Of a stretch of 64,000 nt of DNA, positions 1 to 12,579 are shown piece after piece. This DNA is from Lama guanicoe (Eukaryota), in NCBI GenBank assembly GCA_013239625.1, contig MU054001.1, positions 4,628,167 to 4,692,166 on the forward strand. Reading direction: 5' to 3'. Each line of letters opens with the position of its first letter. Within the stretch, counting starts at the first letter, position 1. The notes beneath the pieces were generated by a model, which saw only the letters and a program-made list of their open reading frames with translations, did not search any database and was not told the DNA's origin. The translations under genes and the position numbers were made by a program.

Positions 1-1014
1 CTCCACCCACAACCTTGCGCTTCTGCACACTTGCTGTTTACATTTCTCTTGGCCCCTTTTCCAGCTCCATCCGTGTAGGAAAGCTTCCTCTCTAGATGAA
101 GTGTAGGGTGAGGGCACTGGTGGGCTCTGTCTAGCCCCCAGGAGCCCTGAGCTTCTTGGAACCCCTGGACCCACATACCCTTCCTTCCTGGCAGCTACCC
201 CGGGGTCACTGGGCGGATGGGCATTCATTTTCTGAGCTGCCCCTCCCCTGCTGGACACTTGGACTATGTTCAGTTTGGGGCTCTTATAAACAAGGCTATG
301 ACCAACATCTTTGTGTAGGTGGTCTTTTTTCCCTTTGGAGTTTTTCTTAGGGGCTCCCGGGAACTTTCAACTTTTCTTTCAATCGTCAAATCAAGGCTGA
401 CTCCCTCTCCTTTCTCCCTACCTTTCCCCCGGCCCCCTCACCCTGAGTTCTTTCTCTAGTGACCATCCTACCCTGGCTTATCAGTGACAGTATCCCAACC
501 CCTCTCCCCATTAACCCTGGGGCCGACAACGGAAGCTGCCAGGTGCCCCTTGGTCCCCTGCTGGCTCGGCTGGTGCTGTCCACCTCCTGTGCCTGAGCCC
601 CCAACCCAGTCATTTCCTCGACAAGGATCAGGGGACGTTTTAAAGGAACAGAAAAGTCCTAAAGAGATGGAGAATTTCCTAGCATTTTAAAGACTTATGA
701 AATGCGTTTTTATATGGGGCCAGCTGGGGAGTTTCTCATTAGCTCGGTTGGGGCGTCTGGGGAGTTGAGCTAAGTGGAGCCAGGCAGGCTGGGTAGGAAG
801 ATGCGGTGGCCCCGAGCTCACCGGGGGAGCGCGGCAGGCATGCGCCGGCTGGTCTGCTCTGTGGACCCCCTGGCCAGGCTGGCCGGGGCTGCGCCTTTGT
901 TAGAGCTGCTTCCCCAGCACAGGAGGCCTCAGAAACCTTCAGGTGGTGACTGGAGCTGAGAGGTGGCCACTCTGTTACCATGGTGAGCAGTCCACAAGGT
1001 AGGGCATCTGTGCC

Positions 1015-1345
1015 CTGTGTGCACATGGAAGCGTGCACTCATGCGTGTGTGTGTGTGTGTGAGTGTGCCCAGGTTATGCAGCCCTGACTCAAACCCATGG
1101 CAGCCCCCAGGCTTCTGTACCCCTCTGTGCGGCATCCTGGGCTCCTGGGGCTGACTTGGACCTGTTCTCCAAGGGGGATGTGGTGTTTCCTGCCCACCCT
1201 TTCCTCTGGCTCTGGACCAGCCAGGGGCCCCTGCTGGGCTACACTGTACATCGCTTCCTCTGTGCTGTGTCTGCTGTGCACATGTGCGTGTGCACGTGTG
1301 TGCTGGTGCCCAGGGTACGTGTGTGCGTGCGTGTGTGTGTGGTGT
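1015..1345. repeat. (TG)n microsatellite (about 1045-1060) and TG-rich tract (about 1260-1345)
   Basis: gtgtgtgtgtgtgtgt and gtgtgcgtgcgtgtgtgtgt. Confidence 0.8.
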
Positions 1346-1859
1346 CTCTCTTCTGACTCTGTTTTTCCTTCCCCGCAGCCTGGCTGATGGTTTCACTCCA
1401 GTGAAGCCATGGAGCGGGGCTTGTCTTGTTGATTTCGCCTCTCTGGGTGGACTTGGAGCTTCCTCAGGCAGGGACTCTGTCATTTGTCCTGTACCCGCAG
1501 GCTGGTGCACAGCAGCCACTCTGCCGTGGTACCCTTGCTTGTTGCAGTGAGGTCGCCTGCTCCCAGCCTCGCTGATTTGGAGCTGTCCACTCCAGCAAGC
1601 CCGGTGTCCCCTTTCTCCTATCCTGGTGCTGTTGGGCTTTTCTGGGGGCATCAGTAATGAGGATGGTAATGAGGCTTCCAGAGGATCTGGGACCCACTGG
1701 TGGACAGTAGGAATCAGCAGTTTTGGGGGGGACTTGAAGCCTGGCGATAAACCAGGGCCACGTCAAGTGTGCATATGGGTGTGAACCTGTGGGCGTGATG
1801 ATGACTTTGTTCCCTTTGACTTTGGGGGGAGGTCTCTCTGTGTTGCCCAGGTGTGGTTT

Positions 1860-2030
1860 ATACTGGCTCAGCTCAAACTTGAATGTGCAGGCAAGTCTGG
1901 TGATCTTGTTAAAATTCAGATTCTAACTGCGCAGTTCTGGGTGAGGCCTGTGAGTCTGCATTTCTCCCCAGCTCCAGAGTGGTGTGGAAGCTGCTGGCCC
2001 ACACACTACCCTGAGTAGTGAGGACTTAGT
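1860..2030. mobile_element. MER5A-like hAT-Charlie MITE
   Basis: ctcaaacttgaatgtgca...cttgttaaaattcagatt...tctgcatttctcccca...cacactaccctgagtag. Confidence 0.65.
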
Positions 2031-2449
2031 GGGTTTGATGAGTTAAACCGTCTTGCCGGCTCCTCTTGACCTTTGCTCTGACTGGGCCCTCTGCCTGTGG
2101 AGCTCATCCTTCACAGCACAACCTAAATGACACCTCCTCCAGGCAGTATACTGTGATAGCCGGGCCCTAATAATTGTGCCTGTCCCTAAGCCTCAGGGGC
2201 CGCCCTAATCCTGGCCCTCATGCCCTCTGCTTGGTTATGAGGTTCCTTCCGTTCACTCCCAGTTCCCTTGCAACTCTGCTCGCTCCTTCAGCCAGTGATC
2301 GTGTATGATTCGCTGGGCTCCAAGGGCCCAGCTCTGGCTTGGTAACTGGCAGATACCTAGCAAATATTTACCAAGGTGGAGAACTTCACTTCTGCCTCTT
2401 CATCTGTATTTGCCCTTGGCAGTTCAGGGCCAGATTTTTGTTCACTTTG

Positions 2450-2640
2450 TTAAGAGCAGGAATTGGATTTGAGGTCAAGATGCTTGTGAGCTGTGTGACC
2501 TTGAGTAAGTCACTTAACCTCTCTGTGCTTTCCATGTCCTCATCTGAAATGGGGATAATTAGTCGGCTTCCTAGGGCCATTGTGAGGATGGTAGGAGGAA
2601 ATCCACGTGGGTTAGCGTTAGCCCCCTATGTTGGCACCTG
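2450..2640 (+). mobile_element. MIR SINE
   Basis: agctgtgtgaccttgagtaagtcacttaacctctctgtgc...ctcatctgaaatggggataat. Confidence 0.8.
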
Positions 2641-3639
2641 GTACCCTGCACTTTTATTCTTGCTATTGATTGAGGGAAGCTTGGCTTGGAGCTTAGCTCT
2701 GAGTCTGGATCTGTGCCGGCGACAGACAAGGACGGGCCCCTCCCTTTGTTCTTCCCTTTGTCTCAACTGGCTTTATCTAGGCATTGCCAGAGTGGACAGG
2801 GCGCTCTAGCCTTCACCTCTGTGCAGGGTCGGGGTGGGACTGAGTTCTCAAGACCATTCTCATTCATGCTAACCCTGGCTGGTGGGGCGAGGCTTGTTTC
2901 CCAAGTGGAGAAGGCTGGGCTGGGGTTGGGGGCTGGCAGGGGTGGGTGGGCAGGGGCTGGGCTGAATGACGGAAGCCCTTAGGCTGTCATATGATCAAGC
3001 TCCTTCGCTTGGGTGGGGCTCGACGCACCCACTGTGTAGCCATGGGTCAGCGCCCAGTAGGAAATGGCCAAGGTCAGCCTCGATCGTGCCACCTGGCTGG
3101 TCCTGGCTTCCTGGGCGGGCAATCTAAGGGCCAGCTCCTGGGTTGGGTATTGTCAGCAGTGTGTCAGCCACTGTCCTGCTGTAGGCTGTGGGCAGCCCAC
3201 AGGGCTGTTGTCATCTTAGCTGACACTCCCTTAGAATCCTTGAGGGTGTAGGCAGGTGTGGGTACACGCTCATGTTCTCTCTCTCTCAACGCGTGTATAT
3301 TAGGCTGATGCCGGTCTGGTTCAAAAACCCATTATTTTGCCCACATTGATAATTCTTTTTTTACCTCTGTTGTGGTTGATTGCTTTAACTGATGGTTGCT
3401 GGCCATACTTGGTAGTAGTTAACACCTCAGACTGATATCGAATCCAGTAAAGAGGAGACATTTTTGCTCCTGCTATTCTGCTTCCCAGGGCTAAACGCTC
3501 TGCAAACCCTTCAGGCTTGTAGAGGCAGGGGAGTGCCTGCTTTGCTCACTGTTGTATCTTCAGGAACTTTAATTATAAGCAACTGTAATAACAATAACAG
3601 TGAAAAGAACCAACCATCCAGTGAGCTTTCACTGGAGCC

Positions 3640-3820
3640 AGGCGGGGGGCAGTGTACCTGACATGCATCTCTCATTTATTCTTCTGAACCGCAGGTGGTG
3701 AGAAGTGGCATCATCCCCATTTCACAGATGAGCAGTTGAGGCTCAGGGAGGTTGAGAGACAGGTGCAGGCTTTCACAGCTAGTCCAGGCCAGAGGTTTGA
3801 ACCTGGGTTGGTTTGGTCTG
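3640..3820 (-). mobile_element. MIR SINE
   Basis: catccccatttcacagatgagcagttgaggctcag...tttgaacctggg. Confidence 0.75.
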
Positions 3821-4039
3821 AGTCTAGGGCCCACTCTGTAGTTGCTAATTCACAGTGACTGAGACTCAGTGTTGATGTACCTTGTCTCTGTGGGGTGACC
3901 CCCTTGAGGATGTGGTAAGAGCCCTACAGAGGTCATGGCAGTCACACACCACTAGTGACAGGCCGCCGGGGCTGGCGGGGAAATGAGTGACTGCTGATGC
4001 TGACAAGCCCGAGAGTATGCTTCAACAGTGACAAGTCAT

Positions 4040-4340
4040 TGTGTGTGCATGCTCGTGCACACACACACATGCTCACGAACATAAGCACGCATGCATACAC
4101 ATCCACACGCACACATGTTGCACCCCCCCACACAAGGTACACGTACACACCCTCACACAGTGCACATATACAGACGTTCACCTGTGTTCCTGCAGCCCCC
4201 ACACACGCACACACATGCACACAGACACAATGCCTATGTGTCTGCTCACACGTGCCTGCAGGGCACGCAGGCACACGCTTACAAACATGAGCACATACAC
4301 AGACGTGCACACACGCGCACCACACACCCATCCACACCCC
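4040..4340. repeat. Degenerate (CA)n-rich low-complexity tract
   Basis: Runs of cacacaca and gcacac. Explains the His/Thr and Cys/Val ORFs here. Confidence 0.85.
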
Positions 4341-5349
4341 TAGGCTTGCAAGTGGGCAGGAGGAGCTGCTTCTGGGATGTGTCTTTTCAAGGATGAGGAC
4401 AGTCCTCCCCGCCCAGGTGGATGCCCAGGTTGTCCGGGTTGCCCTCCTTTCTCTGGGCTTCCTTTCTTTGGTTTCTTTGTTGTACGCTCAGAGTCGCAAC
4501 CATTCTTTCCCTCCTAAGATCCGCACCCCTGCTGTTGGACCTGGCCCTGGGCAGACCCGGGTGCAGACACAGACCCAAGCGCCCATCTGTCCATGCGCCT
4601 GCCCAGCCCGCTCTGGCCCGCGTGCGCCCCACCCCCGACTTGGACATGACTTCATTTCTACTCTGCACCTGCCGCTTTAAGAGCCCAGGGCCTGGTGGGC
4701 TTGTCCCTAGGGTCGGGCCTGGGGAGGCTGGACAGCTGTGGGTTGAGGGGAGGCTTTGTTAGCTCCCAGGGGCCTCTTGGAGCCCGGGCAACACTGGGGA
4801 AACTGAAACAAAGGCCGACAATGGCCTCCTTCCCTCCCTGGGCGGCCTCGGAGCAGGGCCTGTATGAGCGGCCTCTGGGGGCCCCTGTTATTTCCTGTGC
4901 TGGCTGCGGGGCTCCTGGCCAGCCGCAGTGGGCAGGAAGAGGGGCAGGGCATCTCCTCCCCACCCGCCGGGCTGGCCCTCGCCGGCCAGAGGAGCTGCCC
5001 CGCCACCCCCTGCCCCGGGCCTACTTGGCCGAGGCCTGCCCCACTCACGTCTGCCCAGGCTTCCCGGAGGGGAAACCTGACCCCGTACCCGCTGACCTCT
5101 CCCCGCTGCAGACCCCATGTGCTCCACCATCTGCACGGGAGGCCGTGTTTCTAACTCCCTAGCCTTTGTGGCCAGAGTGCTCGCCCCACAGAACTGAGGA
5201 CAAGGCGGGGCTGGGAGCATTGGATTGGTTATTGGTGAATTCATCTGGGATTGTGTGTAAGCTTAGTTTTAGTGGTAGGGTTAAGGGTAAGTTGAAGGTT
5301 AAATTTAGGGTGAGGTTTACCACCTCTCAAGATTGAAAAGACCAAAGTT

Positions 5350-5730
5350 AGAGCATGGGTTTGAAGCAAACAGACCTTTGTTTCAATCCTGGCTTCACCT
5401 CCAGTTCGTTCGCCATGTAATGATCAGGTGCCTGTCCATGCCCATCTAGGACACAAGAATGCAGTGGTTTCGTGCCCTCCGGACTCACCTTCTAGAGTGA
5501 GGAGACAGGGAGCATGTGAACACATATAGCAACGCTGTTGGCTTCTGAGCTGTGAAGATGGATTTGATTCACTTATTCACCTTCTCAGGTCTCAGTTTCC
5601 TGATCTGTAAAGTGAGGATACTGAAGCCCTACCTGGTGGCATTTTTATAAGAATGAATGAGAGCATAAATGTTGTGTGTGCAGCACAGAGCCTGGCAACA
5701 GCAAGCATCCAATAAATGCCAGCTCTGGTG
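5350..5730 (+). mobile_element. MIR SINE (interrupted)
   Basis: ctcagtttcctgatctgtaaagtgaggata...gcacagagcctggca. Confidence 0.7.
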
Positions 5731-6302
5731 ATTATTCATAAAACAAGATGAGGTGTCCACGTGTCTTTGGACAGCTAAAATAGTTGATGAAAGAACTCAT
5801 TATGTCAGCAGGTCATGATGCAGGTGAGCTTCCTGGCAGCCAAGGCCAAAAGAGAAATACGATGAAGGGCAGCATAGCTGCCTCTCTGGCTGATTCAAGT
5901 CCTGGAGGCAGACAGACATTTTTCCCTAGCACAAAATGCTGAGGAATTTACTGTGTGGATCCTCATTAATCATTGAACAAACAACAGCCCTGTCTCAGTA
6001 ACAATTTGGCACACGATACAGAAACATCTTTCCTCGAGTTCTTTCTTAAATTGACCCTGGAAAATGCTCAGGGCCTAAGTGCACACCACAGCCAAGGAAT
6101 TACATGCAGTGCAGCCTGGAGGGAGAGGGCTGAAGTTGAGGCTGCCCCAGCTGGCTACGTTCTCAGGCAGCTTCTCAGGTTACCTTCCTAAGTGCCTGGT
6201 TAAGTGCAATCAAATGGGCTCCTTTAACCTGGAACCTCAAAGAGCCCTTGGTATGCCAGTGGTCACTGTGAGTCTGGGGGAGGACTCTTCAAATGTCTTT
6301 TT

Positions 6303-6983
6303 TTTTTTTCCTGAAAATAGCATTTTTATTTTTTTAACATTTTTTTATTGAGTTATAGTCATTTTATAATTTTGTGTCAAATTCCAGTGTAGAGCACAAT
6401 TTTTCAGTTATACATGAACATACATATATTCATTGCCACATTTTTTTTTTTGCTGTGAGCTACCACAAGATCTTGTATATATTTCCCTGTGCTCTACAGT
6501 ATAATCTTGTTTATCGATCCTACATTTTGAAATCCCAGTCTGTCCCTTCCCACCCCCCGCCCCCTTGGCAACCACAAGTCTGTATTCTATGTCTATGAGT
6601 CTGTTTCTGTTTTGTATTTATGTTTTGTTTTGTTTTTTTAGATTCCACATATGAGCGATCTCATATGGTATTTTTCTTTCTCTTTCTGGTTTACTTCACT
6701 TATAATGACATTCTCCAGGAACATCCATGTTGCTGCAAATGGTGTTACGCTGTTGGTTTTTATGGCTGAATAGTATTCCATTATATAAATATACCACATC
6801 TTCTTTATCCAGTCATCTGTCAATGGACATTTAGGCTGTTTCCATGTCTTGGCTATTGTAAATAGTGCTGCTATGAACATTGGGGTGCAGGTGTCTTTTT
6901 GAAGTAGAGTGCCTTCTGGATATATGCCCAGGAGTGGGATTCCTGGGTCATATGGTAAGTCTATTCCTAGTCTTTTGAGGAAT
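6303..6983 (-). mobile_element. Young 5'-truncated LINE-1 (ORF2 C-terminus, 3' UTR, poly-A) with 15-bp TSD
   Basis: ORF 6638..7138(-) contains an uninterrupted L1 ORF2 C-terminus (LPYDPGIPLLGIYP...CTPMFIAALFTIAKTWKQPKCP...WIKKMWYIY.MEYYSAIK...GI*). TSD TTCAAATGTCTTTTT at 6288-6302 and 6984-6998. Poly-T on the + strand. Confidence 0.93.
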
Positions 6984-6998
6984 TTCAAATGTCTTTTT

Positions 6999-7272
6999 CT
7001 TTTAACTGAAGTATAGTTGCTGTACAATATTATATAAGCTACAGGTGTACAATATAGTGATTCACAATTTTTAAAGGTTCTACTCCATTTATAGTTATTA
7101 TAAGATACTCTCTGTATTCCCTGTGTTGTATAATACATCCTTGTAGCTTATTTTATCCCTAATAGTTTGTACCTCTTACTCCCCTGCCCCTGTATTGCCC
7201 CCCTCCTTCCCTCACCCCCCAGCAACCACTAGTTTCCTCTGTATCTGTGAGTCTGCTTCTTTTTTGTTATTT
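6999..7272 (-). mobile_element. Older cetartiodactyl-type L1 3' UTR fragment
   Basis: gaagtatagttg...tacaatattatataag..acaggtgtacaatatagtgattcacaattttt...caaccactagttt...ctgtgagtctgcttct is typical of L1 3' ends of this lineage. Confidence 0.8.
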
Positions 7273-7414
7273 TCGACCTCAGAAATCCCCTCCCTTTTTT
7301 GAAAACCACTCATCCCCAACTCACTAAGTCTTGGAAAGCTCTGCTTACAACTGTATGTTTTTTTTACTTTACACTTCTGTACTTTCCAAAGTTTCCTTAA
7401 TGACTGTATTATAA

Positions 7415-7570
7415 ATTTTTTAAATTAAAGTATAGTTGACTTATAATGTATTCGTTTCTGGTGTACAGCAAAGTGATTCAGTTTATACATATATATACAT
7501 ATTCTTTTCCATTACAGGTTACTCCAAGCCATTGAATATAGTTCCCTGTGCTGTACAGTAAGACCTTGTA
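7415..7570 (-). mobile_element. L1 3'-terminal fragment
   Basis: tttttaaattaaagtatagttgac...ggtgtacagcaaagtgattcagt...gaatatagttccctgtgctgtacagta is an L1 3' end motif. Confidence 0.75.
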
Positions 7571-8524
7571 CAACTTTATGTTTTGAGCTCAACAGCCCAA
7601 GAGACACCTTACCCACTGTGTCCTCACCTTCTCTGCCCAGATTGCAGTCAGGCTGTGGTTAGCATGTTGGGCCTAAGGGCTTTCCTCCAGCAGTATCCAC
7701 CCCTGTTCAGTTTTTACAAGATTATTGTATTTACTCATCTTTTCTGAGTAGAATGCAGCCTCCAGGAGGCACTGAGGCTCAAAAAGGTTAAGAGGATTCA
7801 GGGCCGGGGCTGCTACTTTAGGGTCTTTCTGTAGACACATACACCTAAATGCGCACACACCTACCCAAACACACAGCCACTCTTTGCTTTGCATGTAAGT
7901 GTGAACATTGTTCTGTGCCTGAGATGGAAAGCCCAGCTGGAGCCCCCTCTGTCCCCTCCCCTCCCAGTTGGCAGGGCTGTGGGCCTGGCTCTGGTAAGGC
8001 CTGCCAGTGGCCAGTTGCCCCTGTGTCTGGCGGGCGCGCTGTGGAGTTTCCATGGTGAGCTCTCCTTTGGGGGCCCCGGGGTGGGACTTTCCATCTGGGT
8101 GGAAACCTGACCCGCAGGCCCCGGGAAGGAGGAAATGCCTTCCCCAAATGTGGATAGAGAAAGGACAGAGAGGCAGCCAGCCTGGGATTCCAGCCAGAGC
8201 CCCCGACTCCTGCAAAGCCACAGAGCCTGGGGCCCCCAAGGGACCTGGGGCCCAGCTGCCTTGGACCCAGCCCTTAGGGAAGGCACAGCGCAGGCAAGGC
8301 CACAGTTACACACTGTGGGATCGCTTTGAGGGGTGGCCACTCTGTGACTCTGCGGTTCCAGCCTTGAGTTTGTGCAAGTCTGTGCTTTTGTTTACAGCCT
8401 GTGTCTGCAGAGATCAGGGTCTGCTGGTTGGTAAGTGGCTGGTCAGAATTTGAACTTGGCTCCTTCTGTCCCCAAGGCCCAGGTGCTTTTGCTCTGCTCC
8501 CTCGCATCCCTCAAGCAGGCACTT

Positions 8525-8680
8525 CCATGGGCATTATCTCACTGAATCCTTGAGGTAGCACTTTGACCATAGGTATTATTCTCATTCTTGTTTCCGTATG
8601 TGGAAATTGAGCCTCAGAGAGGCTAGGGGTCTTGCCCAACGTCACACAGCAAGTTTGTGGCAGAGCTGCATCGCAGCACA
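8525..8680 (-). mobile_element. MIR SINE
   Basis: ggaaattgagcctcagagaggctaggggtcttgcccaacgtcacacagcaagt. Confidence 0.75.
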
Positions 8681-10269
8681 GATCACCAAACCCCTCTCCC
8701 CAACCTTGCTGACAGCAATCTGCATCCTGCATACTAGCTCATTTACCTTCTCCCAATTTAGATGCACATTTGCCAAGAAAAGAGGGCAGTAACTGTTTAA
8801 AGAGAGTTGGCAGTTTCAGTCAATAGGGGCTGCCTGGTCAGCCTGAGATGCAGGTGAGAATCTGATGCTCCCTTAGATGCTGGTCTGCGTGGCCCCTCAT
8901 GGTACAGGTGACTGTGACTGGGATTTTAAGATGTGTGTCTTCATGCCTCATGCCCGACATAGGAGCCAGCATCCAGCCAGCACCCTCATGTGTGTCCTTA
9001 GCCACGGCAGCTGTATCTCAAGGCAGGTGGTGTTTTTGCCTCATAGGCTAACTTTAGAGCCTAGCACCCCCCTTTCTCTTCCCCACCCCACCCCCAAGCT
9101 AGGACCCCACCCAGGGAGCAGAGATAGGTCCGAGTCTGACCTGCAGATTTGTGAAGGGACCACTAGGTGAGGGTGGGGCATGGACCAGTGTGCAAGGGCA
9201 GCCTGTGTGGCTGGTGCTGAATTGTCTCTGTCGTGGGTGTTATCCTTGGTTCTCCGAGCACCATCCCCAGCCTAGGCCCCCAGGCCTGACCCACTGGGAG
9301 ATGCCTGCCTGGGCTGTAGCAGAGTTTCCCTAAAAGGAGCTTGTCTGGTGTCAGGGGGAAATTGGCCAGCCTGCTCCTCAACAGCTGGCCAGCATCCTCC
9401 ATCCCTGGTCTTGGGGAGGGAAGGGTGGGTGGGCATCTGGCCTCCTGCTGCTGGGGGAAGGGCCCTTGTCCTCCTGCTCTGCAGCACACTGACCTCCAGG
9501 GCTCAGGGCAAGGTCTGGGGATGGCAGATGAAGGGGAAGCTTGGCGAGTCCTGAACGGCAGGAGCACTAGACTGGGAGTCCGGAGCTCCATGCTCTGGGC
9601 CCAGCTCTGTGGCTGGCCAGATTCAGGAGCCTGCAGCAGCCTGGGAGGTCACAGTGCCCTGAGGCAGGTGGTCCTGTGGAGGGTCTCACTGGAGCATTTT
9701 TCTGGGAGAGTCGATATAGGCGGAGAATTTTGAGTCTTCAGAAACAGTCCCTTACAGAGGTCTCTTCCTTTGTGTCCTGCATCCTCATTCCAACCCCATG
9801 CCTTTTCTTGGGCTCTGTCCCCCTCCCGCAATGCCCTCTCTCCTCCCCTGCCACCTACCCCAAAGCTGTGTGTCCTTTAAGGCCCAGCGCCATGACTGCC
9901 CTCTGTGAGCCCTTTGCACGTGTGTCTCCTGGGGGCCTGCCCTTTCCATGAACTCCCGTCCTGCCCTTTGGAGTCTCTGAAGGACCACGTGCTGGCCTGT
10001 CCCTTTTCCTTAACTGTTCAGAAGCTCCATCTCCACGTCACCATGGACGCTTTCTCTCCCTTCCGGCCCCTAGTAATCCAGCATGAGGCTCAAGCTGTGC
10101 TTTATTCACTGATGGACAATTTCACAGAACATGTATGACCAGGAAGTTCTACTGAATGTCTGAGCACCTTCTCGGTTGCTGCTGGGTGAGCCTCAGTGCT
10201 GGTGTTGCAGGACCACTCCTTGATGACCAGTGATGTCCGTGAGCCTGAGCCACCACTGGCAAAGTCCCG

Positions 10270-11400
10270 ACAGGCTTCATTCTGTCAGTCACAAATGTTA
10301 TCAAACACCTACTGAGTGCTGGGCACTGTTGTAGATGGTGAACGGGGCGAACAGGGTTCCTGCTGTGAGCCTAGTGGGGAAGATGATGCCAGCAAAGTAA
10401 ACCAAGAAATACATAATGTGTTTTCACGGGGCGGGGACCAGCAGGGTGGCCAGGTAGAGAGAGATGGCGGGGCGGTCAGAGAGGCCTCTTCCGAGGAGGG
10501 GGCGTTTGAGCAGAGAGGGAGTGAGCCGTGCAGAGGGTTGGGAGCAGGGTTGCAGACGTTCCCCACCGTGGGAATGAGCTGGGCTTTTTGAAGGACAGAA
10601 TAAGGAAAGTAACACCACTGTGGCTGGAATAGAGTGAACCAGGGGCAGTGGGGCAAGAGGTGAGGTTAGGGAAGTGAGCAGGGAGGCAGGTAGCATCGAG
10701 CCATGGTGAGCACTGTGGATTCCATTCTGCATTGAAGGGGAGTTGGGCCAGAGGTGAGGAGGGACCCCTTCAGCTGCGTGCGGGCAGTAGGGAGGCCAAC
10801 AGGCGCCCTCATCCAGGTGAGAGGTGGCAGGGCTGGGACCAAAGGCAGGAGGTTGAAGAGCTGGGATTGGGAATTTCTTTTGGAGGTAGGTCCAGCAGCT
10901 TTTGCTGCTGGATTGGGTGCTGGGGATGAGGAAAGGAGGGGAAACACGAATGACTGCAAGGCTTCTGGCCGAGCAGCTGGGTGGCTGGAGGGGTCCTTCA
11001 GGGTGATGGGAGTCCCGGGAGGAGCCGCTCTGGTGCAGGTGGTGGCCGTGGGCTTAAGACTTGGGTTGTGGCCATACGTTTGAGATGCTTCTTAGGTGGT
11101 GATGGGCATTTGAATGTGCTGTGATCTGGGGGAGGCAGAGGCTGGGGATGTATTCAGGTGGGTCATTGGCATTTAGAGCTGGGATAGATGTACCTACCAG
11201 GGGAGTGAGCCCAGACCGAACAGAGGAGTTGAGGTCTGCATCCAGGGAGGCATCAGTATTAAAGGTTGGGATGAGGAGGAGAGACTGAGACGACAGGTGA
11301 GTGGTCCGGGAGGTAGGAGGAAACCCAGGAGAGAGCAGGGTCCTCAAAACCAATGAAGAAAGTTTTTCAGGAAGGACTGAGTCACCAGGCAGTTTCAAAG
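10270..11400 (-). mobile_element. LINE-2 fragment(s)
   Basis: L2-like text: aaacacctactgagtgctgggcactgtt, gtggctggaatagagtgaacc, tttgagatgcttcttagg, ggagagcagggtcctcaaaaccaatgaagaaagttttt. Confidence 0.7.
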
Positions 11401-12579
11401 CTTTCCAAAGTGGGGTCCTATGGCCTTGCTGGGACCAGCTCTTCGCAGAGACGTGGTCAAGTTGCTGGAGATTAGTGCGAATGGGAAGGAAGACCAGCCT
11501 CTCCGCTCTCATGCTTGGTGGGAGCCAGAGCTGATAAAGCAGCCTTTGCTCAAAGCCATTCTGGGGCGAGAAGAGATGGGGTTCAGGGGTTAATGAAATG
11601 AACTCTCGTCTGCAGACTGGCCCATCTTGGGGGTGTCTGCGCCAAGCCCCTCTTCTTGGCTCCCGCTCGGGAAACGTACCCGGCGGCTAGACCAGGGGTT
11701 GTGTCTGGGAGCGGCAGACTGTCCGTGGCGGAGTCCAGCTGTGAGCGAGCCCTCAGCGCTGAAATTGCCAGCCTCGCGCAGCCCAGAGCCAGCCCGCGGA
11801 AGTGGGCCAGCCGCACCTCCGTACAGGATTAGAGGGATGTGTAATGGATTAAAGATCAAAAATGTTAATTAAGAAATGGTCTTTTCTAATAAGATGCCTT
11901 CAAGGGCACAGGCCTGAAAAGGAGGGGATTTCTCATTTTGGCAACACGGTTTCTGTTGTAATGAAATTGGTTCACAGACAGTGGGGAGGACCCGACGTAA
12001 GTCTCCTTTTAAAGACATCTCCATCCAAATTAATTAGCAATAAAAAACGGAGGGCCGAGTGTCAGGCTGGCAGGCAAGCATTGTGTGGTGGCTTGGCAGG
12101 AAGACTGCATGGACTTCAGAGAATTCTATCTGTATCCTGGTGCAGCTGGAATGTAGTATCTAGGGGCACATTCCGGGGAGCCTAGTGGGGTCTGTCTCTG
12201 GGGTCAAGGGATGAGGCCTGGTTGGATGCTAGGTCTAACTTGATGGGAATTTGCTGTGTGACTTTTAGCTGTCCATGCACCTCTCTGATCATTCCTGAAG
12301 CCTCCTCTCTTATCAGTTATGGATGACAACGAGTCCTCTCCTATCTGCCTCCATGGTCTGTTGGATCAGATGATTCTTAGATATGCGTGATTTGAAAACT
12401 CTAAACTCTCTTTGTGAATCAATGAGATTATTGCTAAGGAATGGTTTGGTCTTTGTGTACCTGATCCAGCCTTAGCCCACTCTGTTCTGCTTTCCCAGGT
12501 CACATTTTGTTCACCCATTCATTGGTTGGTAGTGAGCTGGACTGTGAAGTCCCCTAGGTTGTTTGCATGTCTCAGAAAG

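Noticed and set aside
3942..4396. Cys/Val- and His/Thr-rich ORFs
   Set aside because: These are translations of the CA/TG low-complexity tract.
6638..7138. 166-aa ORF as a gene
   Set aside because: It is a chimera of an older L1 3' UTR read into the ORF2 C-terminus of the 5'-truncated young L1.
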